Program-made: the position numbers and the translations under genes
Shown here: piece by piece, positions 36,434 to 46,105 of the stretch
Layout: each line of letters starts with the position of its first letter
How positions within the stretch are numbered: position 1 is the first letter of the stretch
The notes under the pieces: generated by a model
What the model saw: the letters and a program-made list of their open reading frames with translations, nothing else
What the model was told of the DNA's origin: nothing
Databases searched by the model: none
Origin: a virus
Taxonomy: Duplodnaviria > Heunggongvirae > Uroviricota > Caudoviricetes
Direction: 5' to 3' (one strand)
Length of the DNA stretch: 64,000 nt
Virus record (IMG/VR): IMGVR_UViG_3300022661_000054

Positions 36434-38287
36434 CTAATCAATACTAATAATACCTCTACATTTTGGAAATGTGGAGCACCCATAAAACAACTTTCCGAAT
36501 CTGCTTCGTCTAACTATCATTGGCTCACCACAATTTGGACAAGTTTTTTCAGGCATCTCTGGTGCTATGCCAGTTTCATTAGTATCTTTAATAACTCCTT
36601 GTAAATTTTTATAGAAGATTTCCATATAGTCCAGCATAGCAACTTTACCAGCTGCAATTTTGTCTAACCGTTCTTCCATTTCTTTTGTATAGTTTACATT
36701 AACCAACGTTGGGAAAGATCGATCACAATAATCTGCTAGTTGAAGGCCTCTGTCGGTTGGAACTATGTGTTTTTCTTCCAGTTTGGCATATCCGCGTGAT
36801 GGACTTAGGATAGTTTCTACTATACTAGCATAAGTAGACGGTCTCCCAATCTCTCTCGCTTGAAGTTCTTTAACCAAACTTGCTTCTGTAAATCGTGCTT
36901 TTGGTTGAGTAAATTTTTGTATAGTTTCTAATTCAGTATCTTGTAATACTTCACCTACAATAAACGATTCTGGACAACCAAAAATTTGATTATCTTCAAA
37001 TTCATAAGCTGCTTTATATCCAGTATCCAATAACTCCTTAGAACTTAAACTAAACTTATGATCATTATTATTTATTGTATAAACAGTTTCTGCTATGGTA
37101 GCAGCAGGCATTACAGAAGCAATAGTACGTTGCCAAATTAATTTATATACTTTTGTAAGAAGTGGATTATTTATATGTGTGGACAGTATTTCAGGTGTCA
37201 TATTAGGGTCTACCACCCTTAGCGCTTCGTGTCCGTCTTGGTCTGTAGACTTCTTTTTACTCTTTCTAGGACCAACGTATTTTTTACTACCATAAGTGCT
37301 TTCTATAAAAGTTTTAAGTTCTGGTAAAAATTCAGCTGTAATCTCTGTTGAATCTGTCCTCATGTATGTAATTAGCCCGACGTGTTCTCCATTTACTTTA
37401 ATACCTTCAAAAAGTTTTTGAGCACAGCTCATTGCATCTTTAACTCTTAAACCAAGTCTGGTAGCAGCTTCTTGCTGAAAAGTTGCGGTACAAAAAGGTT
37501 GTTTTGGAGATTCCTTGTGTTTAGTTGTTGCTGTATTTTCTACAGTATATAGAGAATTTTTACAATCAGCCACCACGGCGTCTACATCAGTCTGCTTATT
37601 AAATTTATTAATAATTTCTTGTTTATATCCGGAGTATTTTGCTTTAAATGCATTACCACATTTAGTAAAATTTAGATATAGGTTAAAATATATTTCAGGA
37701 ATAAATTCACTTATTTCCTTTTCGCGTTCTGATACTAGTTTAAGTCCGACAGACTGACAACGGCCCACCGACTTTGCACCAATATACTTTTTTACAATTG
37801 GTGAAAGCGAGTAGCCAATAAGTTTATCTGTCATTATTCTAGCTAATCCTGCATCTACTAAGTTATTATCAAAAGGCACAGGATTTTCTATTGCACTGAC
37901 AACAGCTTTTGGTGTAATTTCGTGCATTACAACCCTAAAAGTTTTTTCTATTGGTAAGTTGCAAAATTTTACTAGACTCCAAGAAATTATTTCTCCTTCT
38001 CTATCATTGTCAGATGCAACATAAATTCTATCTACAGAAGTAGCTTTAGTAGCAATCTCATCTACTATTTTTTTCTTGTCGTCGGCAACAACTAAATTCA
38101 TATTAAAGTTCTTTTTTGGGTAAATGCCTGAGTTGTATGCGGGACCACCGTCTGCTAGCTTCATAATATGTCCAACTGAAGCCATCACTACTGCTTTTGT
38201 ATATCCAGCTCTCTTCAGAATTCCTGATATAGTTTTTAATTTATTTGGCGACTCAACAATTACTAATATTTTATCTGTTTTATTCAC
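36434..38287 (-). CDS. topA: DNA topoisomerase IA
   Basis: IVESPNK, ASDNDREGE, SVGRCQS, LITYMRTDS, GIGRPSTY-like motif and a C-terminal Zn ribbon. Confidence 0.93.
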   Translation of the reverse strand: MNKTDKILVIVESPNKLKTISGILKRAGYTKAVVMASVGHIMKLADGGPAYNSGIYPKKNFNMNLVVADDKKKIVDEIATKATSVDRIYVASDNDREGEIISWSLVKFCNLPIEKTFRVVMHEITPKAVVSAIENPVPFDNNLVDAGLARIMTDKLIGYSLSPIVKKYIGAKSVGRCQSVGLKLVSEREKEISEFIPEIYFNLYLNFTKCGNAFKAKYSGYKQEIINKFNKQTDVDAVVADCKNSLYTVENTATTKHKESPKQPFCTATFQQEAATRLGLRVKDAMSCAQKLFEGIKVNGEHVGLITYMRTDSTEITAEFLPELKTFIESTYGSKKYVGPRKSKKKSTDQDGHEALRVVDPNMTPEILSTHINNPLLTKVYKLIWQRTIASVMPAATIAETVYTINNNDHKFSLSSKELLDTGYKAAYEFEDNQIFGCPESFIVGEVLQDTELETIQKFTQPKARFTEASLVKELQAREIGRPSTYASIVETILSPSRGYAKLEEKHIVPTDRGLQLADYCDRSFPTLVNVNYTKEMEERLDKIAAGKVAMLDYMEIFYKNLQGVIKDTNETGIAPEMPEKTCPNCGEPMIVRRSRFGKLFYGCSTFPKCRGIISID

Positions 38288-38441
38288 CTGTATATTGCTC
38301 CTTGTCTAAAGACTGTTCTAAAGACTTTTCGAGCAATTGTCGAATTAAAGCAGAAATACTTAATGAGCGTTTAAAGGCTTCTACCCGCAAGGCTTCTCTC
38401 AGCTCATCAGATATTTCTAGGCTTATCATCTTTTTTGCCAT
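38280..38441 (-). CDS. Ribbon-helix-helix DNA-binding protein (53 aa)
   Basis: Not in ORF track: MAKKMISLEISDELREALRVEAFKRSLSISALIRQLLEKSLEQSLDKEQYTGE*; GGAGG RBS. Confidence 0.75.
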   Translation of the reverse strand: MAKKMISLEISDELREALRVEAFKRSLSISALIRQLLEKSLEQSLDKEQYTGE

Positions 38442-38452
38442 AAAAACCTCCA

Positions 38453-39241
38453 TTATTTATGTGATTTTTTCTTTAGACTTTTTACATAGTTATTAAAGTC
38501 TCTTTTTTGTGCTGCTTTTTCAGCACGATTCATTCCAATAATTGCTTTATTTGCTGCTTTTTTAGCTTTTGCTCTTTTAGCTGTCTCTTCCTCATTTTCG
38601 ATAACAGCAATACGACCATTAATAACACTTTCAGTAAACTTTAGATGCTGAAAAGCTGTAGCTGCCTCCTCGTCTGCTTCAATAGCACTATTTAAACTTG
38701 CTAACTTGCGCGGCAAAAAAGTATCTTTGTAGAAAGGAATGATTTCAGTTAAGTCCGAGTCTTCAATTTTACCGTCTTCTTCTATGTCAGACACAAGGCC
38801 TAGCTCATTTGGCAGTACTCCATCTAAAATTTGTGCTTGCTGATCAAATAAACTTGCTGCAATGCCGATAAGTTTATTATCTTCATACTTAAAATCTTCA
38901 TTATAATAAACTACTGTGATTTCTTCAGGTCTACCAATAACAATTTCTTTGCCTGGCATTGACGCACAAGTTTCAATAGTAATTTTTAAGCCTTTTTTCT
39001 TTGTAATAATTGGATTAATAAAGGTTTTAATTTGGTCATTAAAACGCAGACAAAAAATACGCTTATTAATTCCAATTTGTGGTGCTGAAAGAGCTAGTAA
39101 GCTATTATCATTTTCCATGACAGCTTTAATTTTAGCAATAATATCAGTGCCTTCTTCAGTTTTAGCACCTTCTTCTGTTAGAAAGGTAAGCGGTTCAGCA
39201 GGTTGTGCTAACTTTTCTAAGTCAAAAATAATTGTTTCCAT
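38453..39241 (-). CDS. Peptide deformylase-like protein, catalytic motifs degenerate
   Basis: LALSAPQIG, ETCAS and DQQAQILDG align with GxGLAAPQIG, EGCLS and QHEIDHLxG; basic C-terminal extension. Confidence 0.75.
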   Translation of the reverse strand: METIIFDLEKLAQPAEPLTFLTEEGAKTEEGTDIIAKIKAVMENDNSLLALSAPQIGINKRIFCLRFNDQIKTFINPIITKKKGLKITIETCASMPGKEIVIGRPEEITVVYYNEDFKYEDNKLIGIAASLFDQQAQILDGVLPNELGLVSDIEEDGKIEDSDLTEIIPFYKDTFLPRKLASLNSAIEADEEAATAFQHLKFTESVINGRIAVIENEEETAKRAKAKKAANKAIIGMNRAEKAAQKRDFNNYVKSLKKKSHK

Positions 39242-39284
39242 AAATGTTCTCGCTTTCTATATTAAATTTAGCCAATGCTACTTT

Positions 39285-39295
39285 ATATTATACAA
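39285..39295 (-). promoter_or_regulatory. TGTATAATAT-class promoter
   Basis: TTGTATAATAT upstream of the deformylase-like gene. Confidence 0.55.
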
Positions 39296-39326
39296 CAAAT
39301 TAATAAATTAATAAATTAATAATTTT

Positions 39327-39357
39327 AAAAAAGACGAGTTTATTACTCGTCTTTTTT
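39327..39357 (-). terminator. Intrinsic terminator
   Basis: AAAAAAGACGAGT-TTATT-ACTCGTCTTTTTT, overlapping the stop codon. Confidence 0.75.
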
Positions 39358-39708
39358 ACTTAAAGCTCTTAAAGCTGCTTTAAAATGTATAAGTGCATCA
39401 GAATTCTCTTCTTTAACGGAGTCAATATCTGCACCGAGCTTTTGCAACTCTTCTAAAATTTGATTATGCTGTTTTACATAGCCTATTTTCTTGGATTCCC
39501 TGTTCGGCATATCGAGAAGATACATAATATAAGCCAATCTATGGTAATTTGCCTCAAGACTTGCTACAGTATCGGTTGCTTCTTGCATTTGTTCTTCTGT
39601 AATAAGACCTTCTTTAAGAGCTTCTTCAAAATCAGCTAAATTTTGTTTTTCTTCTAGATACTGCGAAAGCATAGTATAGAAGTAGTGTCTTACATCTTTT
39701 ACTGCCAT
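39343..39708 (-). CDS. Hypothetical protein
   Basis: 121 aa, AAGGAG RBS. Confidence 0.6.
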   Translation of the reverse strand: MAVKDVRHYFYTMLSQYLEEKQNLADFEEALKEGLITEEQMQEATDTVASLEANYHRLAYIMYLLDMPNRESKKIGYVKQHNQILEELQKLGADIDSVKEENSDALIHFKAALRALSKKDE

Positions 39709-39720
39709 AATATATTCTCC

Positions 39721-40080
39721 TTAAACATTTTCAAACCACTGCTGGATTGGCGGAAAATCTTTCCATGCCTCATAGTCAGTAATTTCTTCTACTGTTTTAA
39801 TGTCTTTTTTAAAGTCATTAATAAATTTATCAATTTCTCTACATATAACCGGCTCTTTGTAGTCTATCTTTTTATAGCTCACTGAAAAATCATTTAATAA
39901 TGTTTCAAGATCAGGGCAGATAGGACCGAATTTTAATATAGAGGTCTTTCCAAGGACGGTTTTAATTATAATATAATAATTATCTAATTGATTATTTGTG
40001 CATCGCAGAGCAGTATTACCGATATCAACAACGTCAATAGATTCATTAAATGTTCTTTGTACTGAAAATTCAAAAATCAT
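39721..40080 (-). CDS. Hypothetical protein
   Basis: 119 aa in a tightly packed operon. Confidence 0.55.
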   Translation of the reverse strand: MIFEFSVQRTFNESIDVVDIGNTALRCTNNQLDNYYIIIKTVLGKTSILKFGPICPDLETLLNDFSVSYKKIDYKEPVICREIDKFINDFKKDIKTVEEITDYEAWKDFPPIQQWFENV

Positions 40081-40087
40081 TTAGAAC

Positions 40088-40387
40088 TTACACGCCTCCG
40101 ATTTTTAAATAATATTCATCTTTATCGAAATCGGCGATTAAGAATAGTAGATACTTATTGTTATCTTCTTCTAACTCAAAATAGTTAGTTACCTTAACCG
40201 TAGAATTACTGGTATTAGTGCCAAATGTAGGAAATTCAGTATTAATTGCATTTTTACTTAATTTTGTATAAATTTTAGCATACTCATCACTATTTTCAAA
40301 TTCAATTTTATAGAAGTGATTATCGTAATTACCTGTTTGTTCTATTTCAAGTCGATCCAAAATTCTTTGTATATTATTGTCCGCCAT
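40088..40387 (-). CDS. Hypothetical protein
   Basis: 99 aa, GAGG RBS. Confidence 0.55.
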   Translation of the reverse strand: MADNNIQRILDRLEIEQTGNYDNHFYKIEFENSDEYAKIYTKLSKNAINTEFPTFGTNTSNSTVKVTNYFELEEDNNKYLLFLIADFDKDEYYLKIGGV

Positions 40388-40937
40388 CCTCGTTCTCCTC
40401 TATAATTTCTTCTGATTCTACTGCAACAGCTTCAATAGCCTGCTTTGCTGTTAAATTGTCAAGAAGATTCATTACTGCTGATTTAACACGTTCTCTAGAA
40501 TCTCTGCTAAGGTTGCTGGGTGATCCACCAATGTTAACTTCATTTGTTTGGTTGTTTACTTGAATAAGAGGCATTTCACCTGCACCTGACACCTGCTTTT
40601 GTCCTCGCTCAATAAGATCCTGAACGACTTTCAGACCGTCAAACAGTTCTTTGTTTGAGATTTCATCTGGCCGTGCAGTAAATCTAGTAAGTGCTTGATC
40701 CGTTATAGCGTCTAAAAGGTCACTTAGTTTATTAACTCTAACCATTGTTTTCTTATTTTGATTAGCGTTGAATAAATAGGTTAGGTCTTTAGCTTTTTGC
40801 TCATCTGTTTCAGAAATAATTTGCTCGATTAAAGCTAAAGATTCTTCATTTAAATTAGGCACTGTTAAGTCTGTAACTGTGTCAGCATTTTCGTCAGTCA
40901 CAGGCAAATTAGTAAAATCTTTAGTTTCATCAATCAT
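40374..40937 (-). CDS. Hypothetical protein, possible terminase small subunit
   Basis: Acidic N-terminus, helical core and IQVNNQTNEVNIG strand, reminiscent of gp16-like TerS; weak. Confidence 0.3.
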   Translation of the reverse strand: MIDETKDFTNLPVTDENADTVTDLTVPNLNEESLALIEQIISETDEQKAKDLTYLFNANQNKKTMVRVNKLSDLLDAITDQALTRFTARPDEISNKELFDGLKVVQDLIERGQKQVSGAGEMPLIQVNNQTNEVNIGGSPSNLSRDSRERVKSAVMNLLDNLTAKQAIEAVAVESEEIIEENEDGGQ

Positions 40938-40939
40938 TA

Positions 40940-41269
40940 TTAAATTACCTCTTCACAAATAGCTAATAGTTTATCTGCAAAAGCCTGTTCAAGTGCTAAT
41001 TCCAGTGGGTTAATATCAGAATTTAACGCAGATTTAATAGAAGCTTTAAGGTTCTTACCTGGCACAAATTTACACTGCATATCGAGTAGATTTACACTAA
41101 GAGAGCCTATACCGATATTAACTACTACCTGCTCCTCTCCTCTACGCTTTGCATCATTGATAATGCTACCTATACTTAAGCATGCTTTTTCTACTAATTC
41201 ATTTGATACTTTTGTAGGTAGTCTAAGCAGAGTACCTACATCATTAATAATACTTACTTGTGTTGCCAT
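40940..41269 (-). CDS. HU/IHF-like protein (arm shortened)
   Basis: Two helices then GEEQVVVNIGIGSLSV...CKFVPGKNLKASI, similar to the HU body. Confidence 0.4.
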   Translation of the reverse strand: MATQVSIINDVGTLLRLPTKVSNELVEKACLSIGSIINDAKRRGEEQVVVNIGIGSLSVNLLDMQCKFVPGKNLKASIKSALNSDINPLELALEQAFADKLLAICEEVI

Positions 41270-41271
41270 AA

Positions 41272-41505
41272 CTAAATTTCCTTTCCGTCACTATCTACTC
41301 GTTTTAAAATTTTCATTGGGTCTTGACCGTTTAAGTTCCAGATACTTTTTAAAATATCTTTTACATATACTTCATATGACTTATCTAGCTTATACTGAAT
41401 ACAGTGTGCCATTATTTCAATAGGTTTATACTTATTAGTAAAAATATCACGTATAAAGGATACACGTGTTTCAAACGTTCTTGCATCTCTGTTAAACTTT
41501 GCCAT
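41272..41505 (-). CDS. Hypothetical protein
   Basis: 77 aa, translationally coupled (TAATG). Confidence 0.5.
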   Translation of the reverse strand: MAKFNRDARTFETRVSFIRDIFTNKYKPIEIMAHCIQYKLDKSYEVYVKDILKSIWNLNGQDPMKILKRVDSDGKEI

Positions 41506-41900
41506 TACTGTTTCTGAATTTGACTCCTATCAATATTATATTGTTTCATAATAGGCAGCAACTGTACATATAGTTCAGTTACTCTATCTTTTTCTTTTTT
41601 AGTAAGTTTACCTAGCTTATTCTGCGCCGCTGTAAAAGTTTCACCATCGATATTTATATATTGATACATTAGCAAAGCATTTGTTACTACTGCCATTTCA
41701 GCTTCTGTCGGAAAGGTAACAGTTCTACCGGCAAAATATGTAAGCAGTCTAGTCATATTTGCGCCGTCTAATAAATAGCATAATTCACTGGTAACGGCAT
41801 ATTCAGGTATATCTTGTACTTTAAACAATATGAAAAGCATTAAAGAATAAATGTCTGATAAATGTAGTGAATTAAGATTTTTTTTAATATTATTCTTCAT
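41505..41900 (-). CDS. Mor/C-like transcription activator
   Basis: LLDGANMTRLLTYFAGRTVTFP resembles the Mor-family LxxxxGGxxxYxP motif. Confidence 0.45.
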   Translation of the reverse strand: MKNNIKKNLNSLHLSDIYSLMLFILFKVQDIPEYAVTSELCYLLDGANMTRLLTYFAGRTVTFPTEAEMAVVTNALLMYQYINIDGETFTAAQNKLGKLTKKEKDRVTELYVQLLPIMKQYNIDRSQIQKQ

Positions 41901-42705
41901 TATATACTGCCTCCGTTGCGGATGATAAAATATTTTTTAAGTCTGCTTCACTAATATCAGATGTTTTATAGCAGTCCATAATTTCTAGTTTAATAGCCAT
42001 AAAAAATTCTTTTAATAAAACTTTTGTGTAATTAGACATGCTCTTCGGTAGGTGCCATAGAATCACGCTCTGTGGGGTAGCATCTAATTTTTTCTTATTC
42101 TTTAAGATTTGAATACTGGTTAAGAGTATTGAAATCTTTAAATTTTGATATTCTGGTGTTGACTCGTTAAAAGGCGACTTTTGTAGAATTTTATCTAATA
42201 GATTACTACTTTTAGATAGAGCTTCGTAAAGATACTCTTTAAACTGCAAAGTCACTCCTGCACTCTCTCGTGCGCTACTCTTTAATTGTTCTTCATAGGC
42301 GAAGGCATCAAATTTCTTAGATACAAACTCTTCTTCAATAACTTCTCTAAAGCTCTCTCGTTGATACTCAATTTTCATTGGGTATAATAAAGCTTTAGTG
42401 TAATTCAGACACGACTTTATCGGTCTGATTAATTTACCTTTAATAGTTTTTCCTTGATTTATTTGGTTTTTGCGTAGTGCAAAAAATAAACGATTTGCTG
42501 CATAAAAAGAGTACATATCATAGTCTTGAAAGTCTTTAAACATACACTTCTTAATAGCTAAGGCTTTTACTAGTAACCATAAATAATTATAAATGGTATT
42601 TTCTAATTCAGGGTTTTCGCCTGGATTAACTATTTTTGGTACGTTTTCGTCAATATACATACAAAGCTCCGTATATCGAAGATTTGCAGGCTTTTTCCAA
42701 AGCAT
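41890..42705 (-). CDS. Hypothetical protein, candidate divergent phage sigma factor
   Basis: 271-aa helical protein beside sbcCD and a Mor-like gene; positional inference only. Confidence 0.25.
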   Translation of the reverse strand: MLWKKPANLRYTELCMYIDENVPKIVNPGENPELENTIYNYLWLLVKALAIKKCMFKDFQDYDMYSFYAANRLFFALRKNQINQGKTIKGKLIRPIKSCLNYTKALLYPMKIEYQRESFREVIEEEFVSKKFDAFAYEEQLKSSARESAGVTLQFKEYLYEALSKSSNLLDKILQKSPFNESTPEYQNLKISILLTSIQILKNKKKLDATPQSVILWHLPKSMSNYTKVLLKEFFMAIKLEIMDCYKTSDISEADLKNILSSATEAVYNEE

Positions 42706-42725
42706 TCTATAGTTACCTCATTTCT

Positions 42726-44588
42726 TTAGTATAGTTCGCTGATACCATGCTCATTTTTAATGACTCTGATCTCAGAGTCCACAGGAAGTTCAAGTTCCTC
42801 GGCATGATGTGAAATTATAAAAACAGATTCAACAGTTTGCAATTCTTTTTCAAGAAGCTGCATAACAGCCTGACAACTCTTTTTGTCTAAGAAGTCAGTA
42901 ACCTCATCTAAGACTAAAATATTTGCACTTAAACCTAAATATGAGGTTAATAGATCTCTGATAGCTAATTGCAAAATTAAATCAACTCTCTGTTTTTCAC
43001 CACCAGATAGCCCGTCAAAAAGCTTACCACAATAAGTGATATCTAAAGCGTTGCCATTTAAGCTTAGTGAAAGTTCTCTAGTACCAAAAACAGTATTACA
43101 GTAATCTTTTGCTCGATTATCTATATAATTTATAATATTAGTTAATAAATACCCACGAAAATCTCTTCTGATTAGCTGGTCCATTTTCTTAACAATGGAA
43201 ATACGCTGATCAAAGTCTTCTTTGGATAAGCTAGTTATGGCAATTAAATTAGTAAGACTGGCTACTTTAGCTTCTAACTGAGTAATGTTCTCTTGCTGCT
43301 TTTTAATATAACTATCCCAGTTTTGTTTATCATAAACAAGCTTATTATAAGTATTTTTTTCTAGTTCGAGATTAGCTAAACAGCTAGCTTGACTAGCTTT
43401 ATTTAAACTTATATTTTGTCTAGTCTCTGCTATAGCTTTATTTACAAGAGCTAGTTCATCTTTAAAAGCGTTATCGATTTGTGTTATGTACTCTTGATGC
43501 TGTGCATTACACTTTACGATATCATCATTGGTAGCGCTAAAAGCAGCTTGAGTGATAGCTAATCTAGCTTCCTGTTCACCTGTATCAGGTTTACTTACAT
43601 TTGGAATATGTTGCCCGCAAGTAGGGCATGTATCTACAATAGCCTTAAGTTTTTTGATTTCTTCTGTTAAATTTGAGATTTCAAAACTTAACCTGGTTTT
43701 TTCTTCAGAAAGTTTTGTATAAGAAGCAGTATAAGCAGAAAGTTCTTCTGTACTAACTTTAGCTTTTTCATCAGTGATTGATAGTAACTTTGTATTTAGC
43801 TCTTCAACCTGATTTTCTAGAGAGATAATTATGCTAGCATACTGATCTAGTTGATGTTGTATTTGAGCAATTTTAGTGGCCTGTTCTTCTATTAACAAAT
43901 CAAAATTAGGCTGTTGTCTGTTTGCAGTTTCTGTTCGCAAATGCTCAAGTGAAGCTAAATGACCATTTAATTGCGTTTTGTTTGTAAGTAAGCTATCTTC
44001 AAATTCTCTTATTTTGCTACTTAGTTCTTGTTGTCTAGCTACTATTCTAGCTTTTAAGTCTTCAATCATAAAATCTGACTTAGTAAGCTTTTCTAGTAAA
44101 TCTTTTCTACCACTAGGACTAAATGAGGAGAATTTGTTTGGCATCCCCTGCCCGATAATAATAGTGGAAGCGATAAGATCTTTTGTTAACTCAGGAATAA
44201 GCTCTTGTAGCTTTTTATCAGATTCACGAATACCTTTACCGCTTAGATCAATATCATTTTTAAATATTTTTAATTCTGATTTTGGAGTTACACTACGATG
44301 TAAACTAAATAAATCTTTATTATATAAGAAGTCCAACTGCACCCAGCAGTCAGGTTCTTCAGTATTAATATTTTTTAAATTTGTTTTAATACCATTAATA
44401 GTTTCACCCGTCAAGGCATAACAGATAGCACCCCACAGAAAGCTTTTACCGGAACCGTTAGATAAGGCATTGTCTTTAATATAATTATTTTGTCCTGAAA
44501 CTAGACAAAAACCTTTATTCTGCAATTCTAATTCAGCGTGGCCGTAGCTTCCAAAGTTATGCACTATTACTTTTTTAAATTGAATCAT
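42726..44588 (-). CDS. sbcC: SbcC/Rad50/gp46-like ATPase
   Basis: NGSGKS, CPTCG zinc hook, LSGGEKQR, VLDE and ISH. Confidence 0.92.
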   Translation of the reverse strand: MIQFKKVIVHNFGSYGHAELELQNKGFCLVSGQNNYIKDNALSNGSGKSFLWGAICYALTGETINGIKTNLKNINTEEPDCWVQLDFLYNKDLFSLHRSVTPKSELKIFKNDIDLSGKGIRESDKKLQELIPELTKDLIASTIIIGQGMPNKFSSFSPSGRKDLLEKLTKSDFMIEDLKARIVARQQELSSKIREFEDSLLTNKTQLNGHLASLEHLRTETANRQQPNFDLLIEEQATKIAQIQHQLDQYASIIISLENQVEELNTKLLSITDEKAKVSTEELSAYTASYTKLSEEKTRLSFEISNLTEEIKKLKAIVDTCPTCGQHIPNVSKPDTGEQEARLAITQAAFSATNDDIVKCNAQHQEYITQIDNAFKDELALVNKAIAETRQNISLNKASQASCLANLELEKNTYNKLVYDKQNWDSYIKKQQENITQLEAKVASLTNLIAITSLSKEDFDQRISIVKKMDQLIRRDFRGYLLTNIINYIDNRAKDYCNTVFGTRELSLSLNGNALDITYCGKLFDGLSGGEKQRVDLILQLAIRDLLTSYLGLSANILVLDEVTDFLDKKSCQAVMQLLEKELQTVESVFIISHHAEELELPVDSEIRVIKNEHGISELY

Positions 44589-44901
44589 TAGGCTTCAACC
44601 ACTCCTTCATATTTAACTTAATAAATTCACAAAAATTATTCCAATGAAATTCTTTTTTGTCTATATCTGTGCTTTTTTGATATGCTTCAAATTCTGCTAT
44701 CGTAGCAGCAAGCGTAGCAACATTTGTTTTTATCGGTTCTTCTAATTCTGCCTCAGAAGTAATTACTAGCGTATCTCTAATATATTTAAGATATTCCACA
44801 AATAAAATTAAACCTGAATCTATTTTTGTAGGTAATTGTTTAATCAGATTGTTAAAGCTTTTTAAATAAGCTCTATTTAGATGTTTATTTGCTTTTTCCA
44901 T
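44575..44901 (-). CDS. Hypothetical protein
   Basis: 108 aa between sbcD and sbcC. Confidence 0.55.
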   Translation of the reverse strand: MEKANKHLNRAYLKSFNNLIKQLPTKIDSGLILFVEYLKYIRDTLVITSEAELEEPIKTNVATLAATIAEFEAYQKSTDIDKKEFHWNNFCEFIKLNMKEWLKPNDSI

Positions 44902-44934
44902 ATGTTCTATAGAACCTCTTCCTAATTCCTAATA

Positions 44935-44945
44935 ATATTATACAA
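44935..44945 (-). promoter_or_regulatory. TGTATAATAT-class promoter
   Basis: TTGTATAATAT in the intergenic gap. Confidence 0.55.
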
Positions 44946-44980
44946 TAATTTTAAATAAGTAAGTATTTTGTAAAATGAGC

Positions 44981-46012
44981 TTATTTACAAACTTCACCTA
45001 GCTCTTCGTCCAGCAAGGAAGAGTTTTCAATATTTGTTTTGCAGCATTCTATAAAACGAGCTAAATGATCAACTGATAGGTCTAATTCAACAGTATTATC
45101 AGAATATGTTTCAAATTTTTTTACTAAGATAATTCTTGACTCAATAATAGTATCTTTTAATTCTGTTAAACGTTGCTTAACTTTTTCTACTAAAACACTA
45201 TCACATTTTATAGAAACTATTGCATTATTTTTTAAAGTACTCAGAAGCTTAATATCTTGTTCTGTATCAATTTGGATTTTATAAAAATTATATGCATAAG
45301 GATTTTCAATGAATGTGAGCTGCAAAGTTTCAGTATCTAAAACAGCAATATTATGGCTATGCTTGAAAGCATCCTCACCAAAATCTTTACCAGTTAAATT
45401 ACCTAAATTGATTATTTTTTTAGAAACTGCCTGCCCATTATGAAGATGCCCGTTAACAAAAAGTGAGCAGTTAGCCTCAATCTCATCAATAGAAAAACCA
45501 GTTCTTGACATAACAGGCCCAAGCTGAACACCACTAATATCATTATGTGAAAGTATGACAACCGGTCTATCTTCTTTTAGCTTGTAGAAATATTCTTTTA
45601 GAGGTCGTCTGTCACACTCTACTACGTAAGGTAAAAAACAGATAAAACAGTCATCAAGAGGTAAAACAGAAGGTTCTGTCACGATTTTGTGTCTATCTCC
45701 TAAAAAACTATTTACAGAGTTAAACAACAAACTGCTTGTAGATGCGTCATGATTGCCTACGAGGCTATAATGCATTATATCTGACCAGTTAATTTCATTA
45801 CAAGCAGTTATAGTTTCGCTTGCTAGGTCTGGTTTATCAAAAAAATCTCCTAAACTTATAATATAGTCACAGTTTAGCTCTTCCGCTTTTCGCTCCAGCC
45901 AATTTACAGAAGCAATACAATTTTCAAGTCTGCTCGGGTATTTTGTGCCCCATTTATTTATGATGCTCGCTCTAGGACACATGTGCAAATCAGTAAAAAG
46001 TAAAATTTTCAT
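44981..46012 (-). CDS. sbcD: SbcD/Mre11/gp47-like nuclease
   Basis: TDLH, GDFFD, GNHD, SH and GHLH calcineurin-like motifs. Confidence 0.9.
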   Translation of the reverse strand: MKILLFTDLHMCPRASIINKWGTKYPSRLENCIASVNWLERKAEELNCDYIISLGDFFDKPDLASETITACNEINWSDIMHYSLVGNHDASTSSLLFNSVNSFLGDRHKIVTEPSVLPLDDCFICFLPYVVECDRRPLKEYFYKLKEDRPVVILSHNDISGVQLGPVMSRTGFSIDEIEANCSLFVNGHLHNGQAVSKKIINLGNLTGKDFGEDAFKHSHNIAVLDTETLQLTFIENPYAYNFYKIQIDTEQDIKLLSTLKNNAIVSIKCDSVLVEKVKQRLTELKDTIIESRIILVKKFETYSDNTVELDLSVDHLARFIECCKTNIENSSLLDEELGEVCK

Positions 46013-46050
46013 TTAATCTTTCCTTTGTTATTTTTATCTACAACTACCTT

Positions 46051-46099
46051 ATATTATACAGTATATAAAAAGTAAAAGCGGTCATAAAAAGACCGCTTT
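46051..46099 (-). terminator. Terminator followed by TGTATAATAT-class promoter
   Basis: AAAGCGGTC/GACCGCTTT stem (46075-46099); CTGTATAATAT at 46061-46051. Confidence 0.7.
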
Positions 46100-46105
46100 A
46101 TATAA

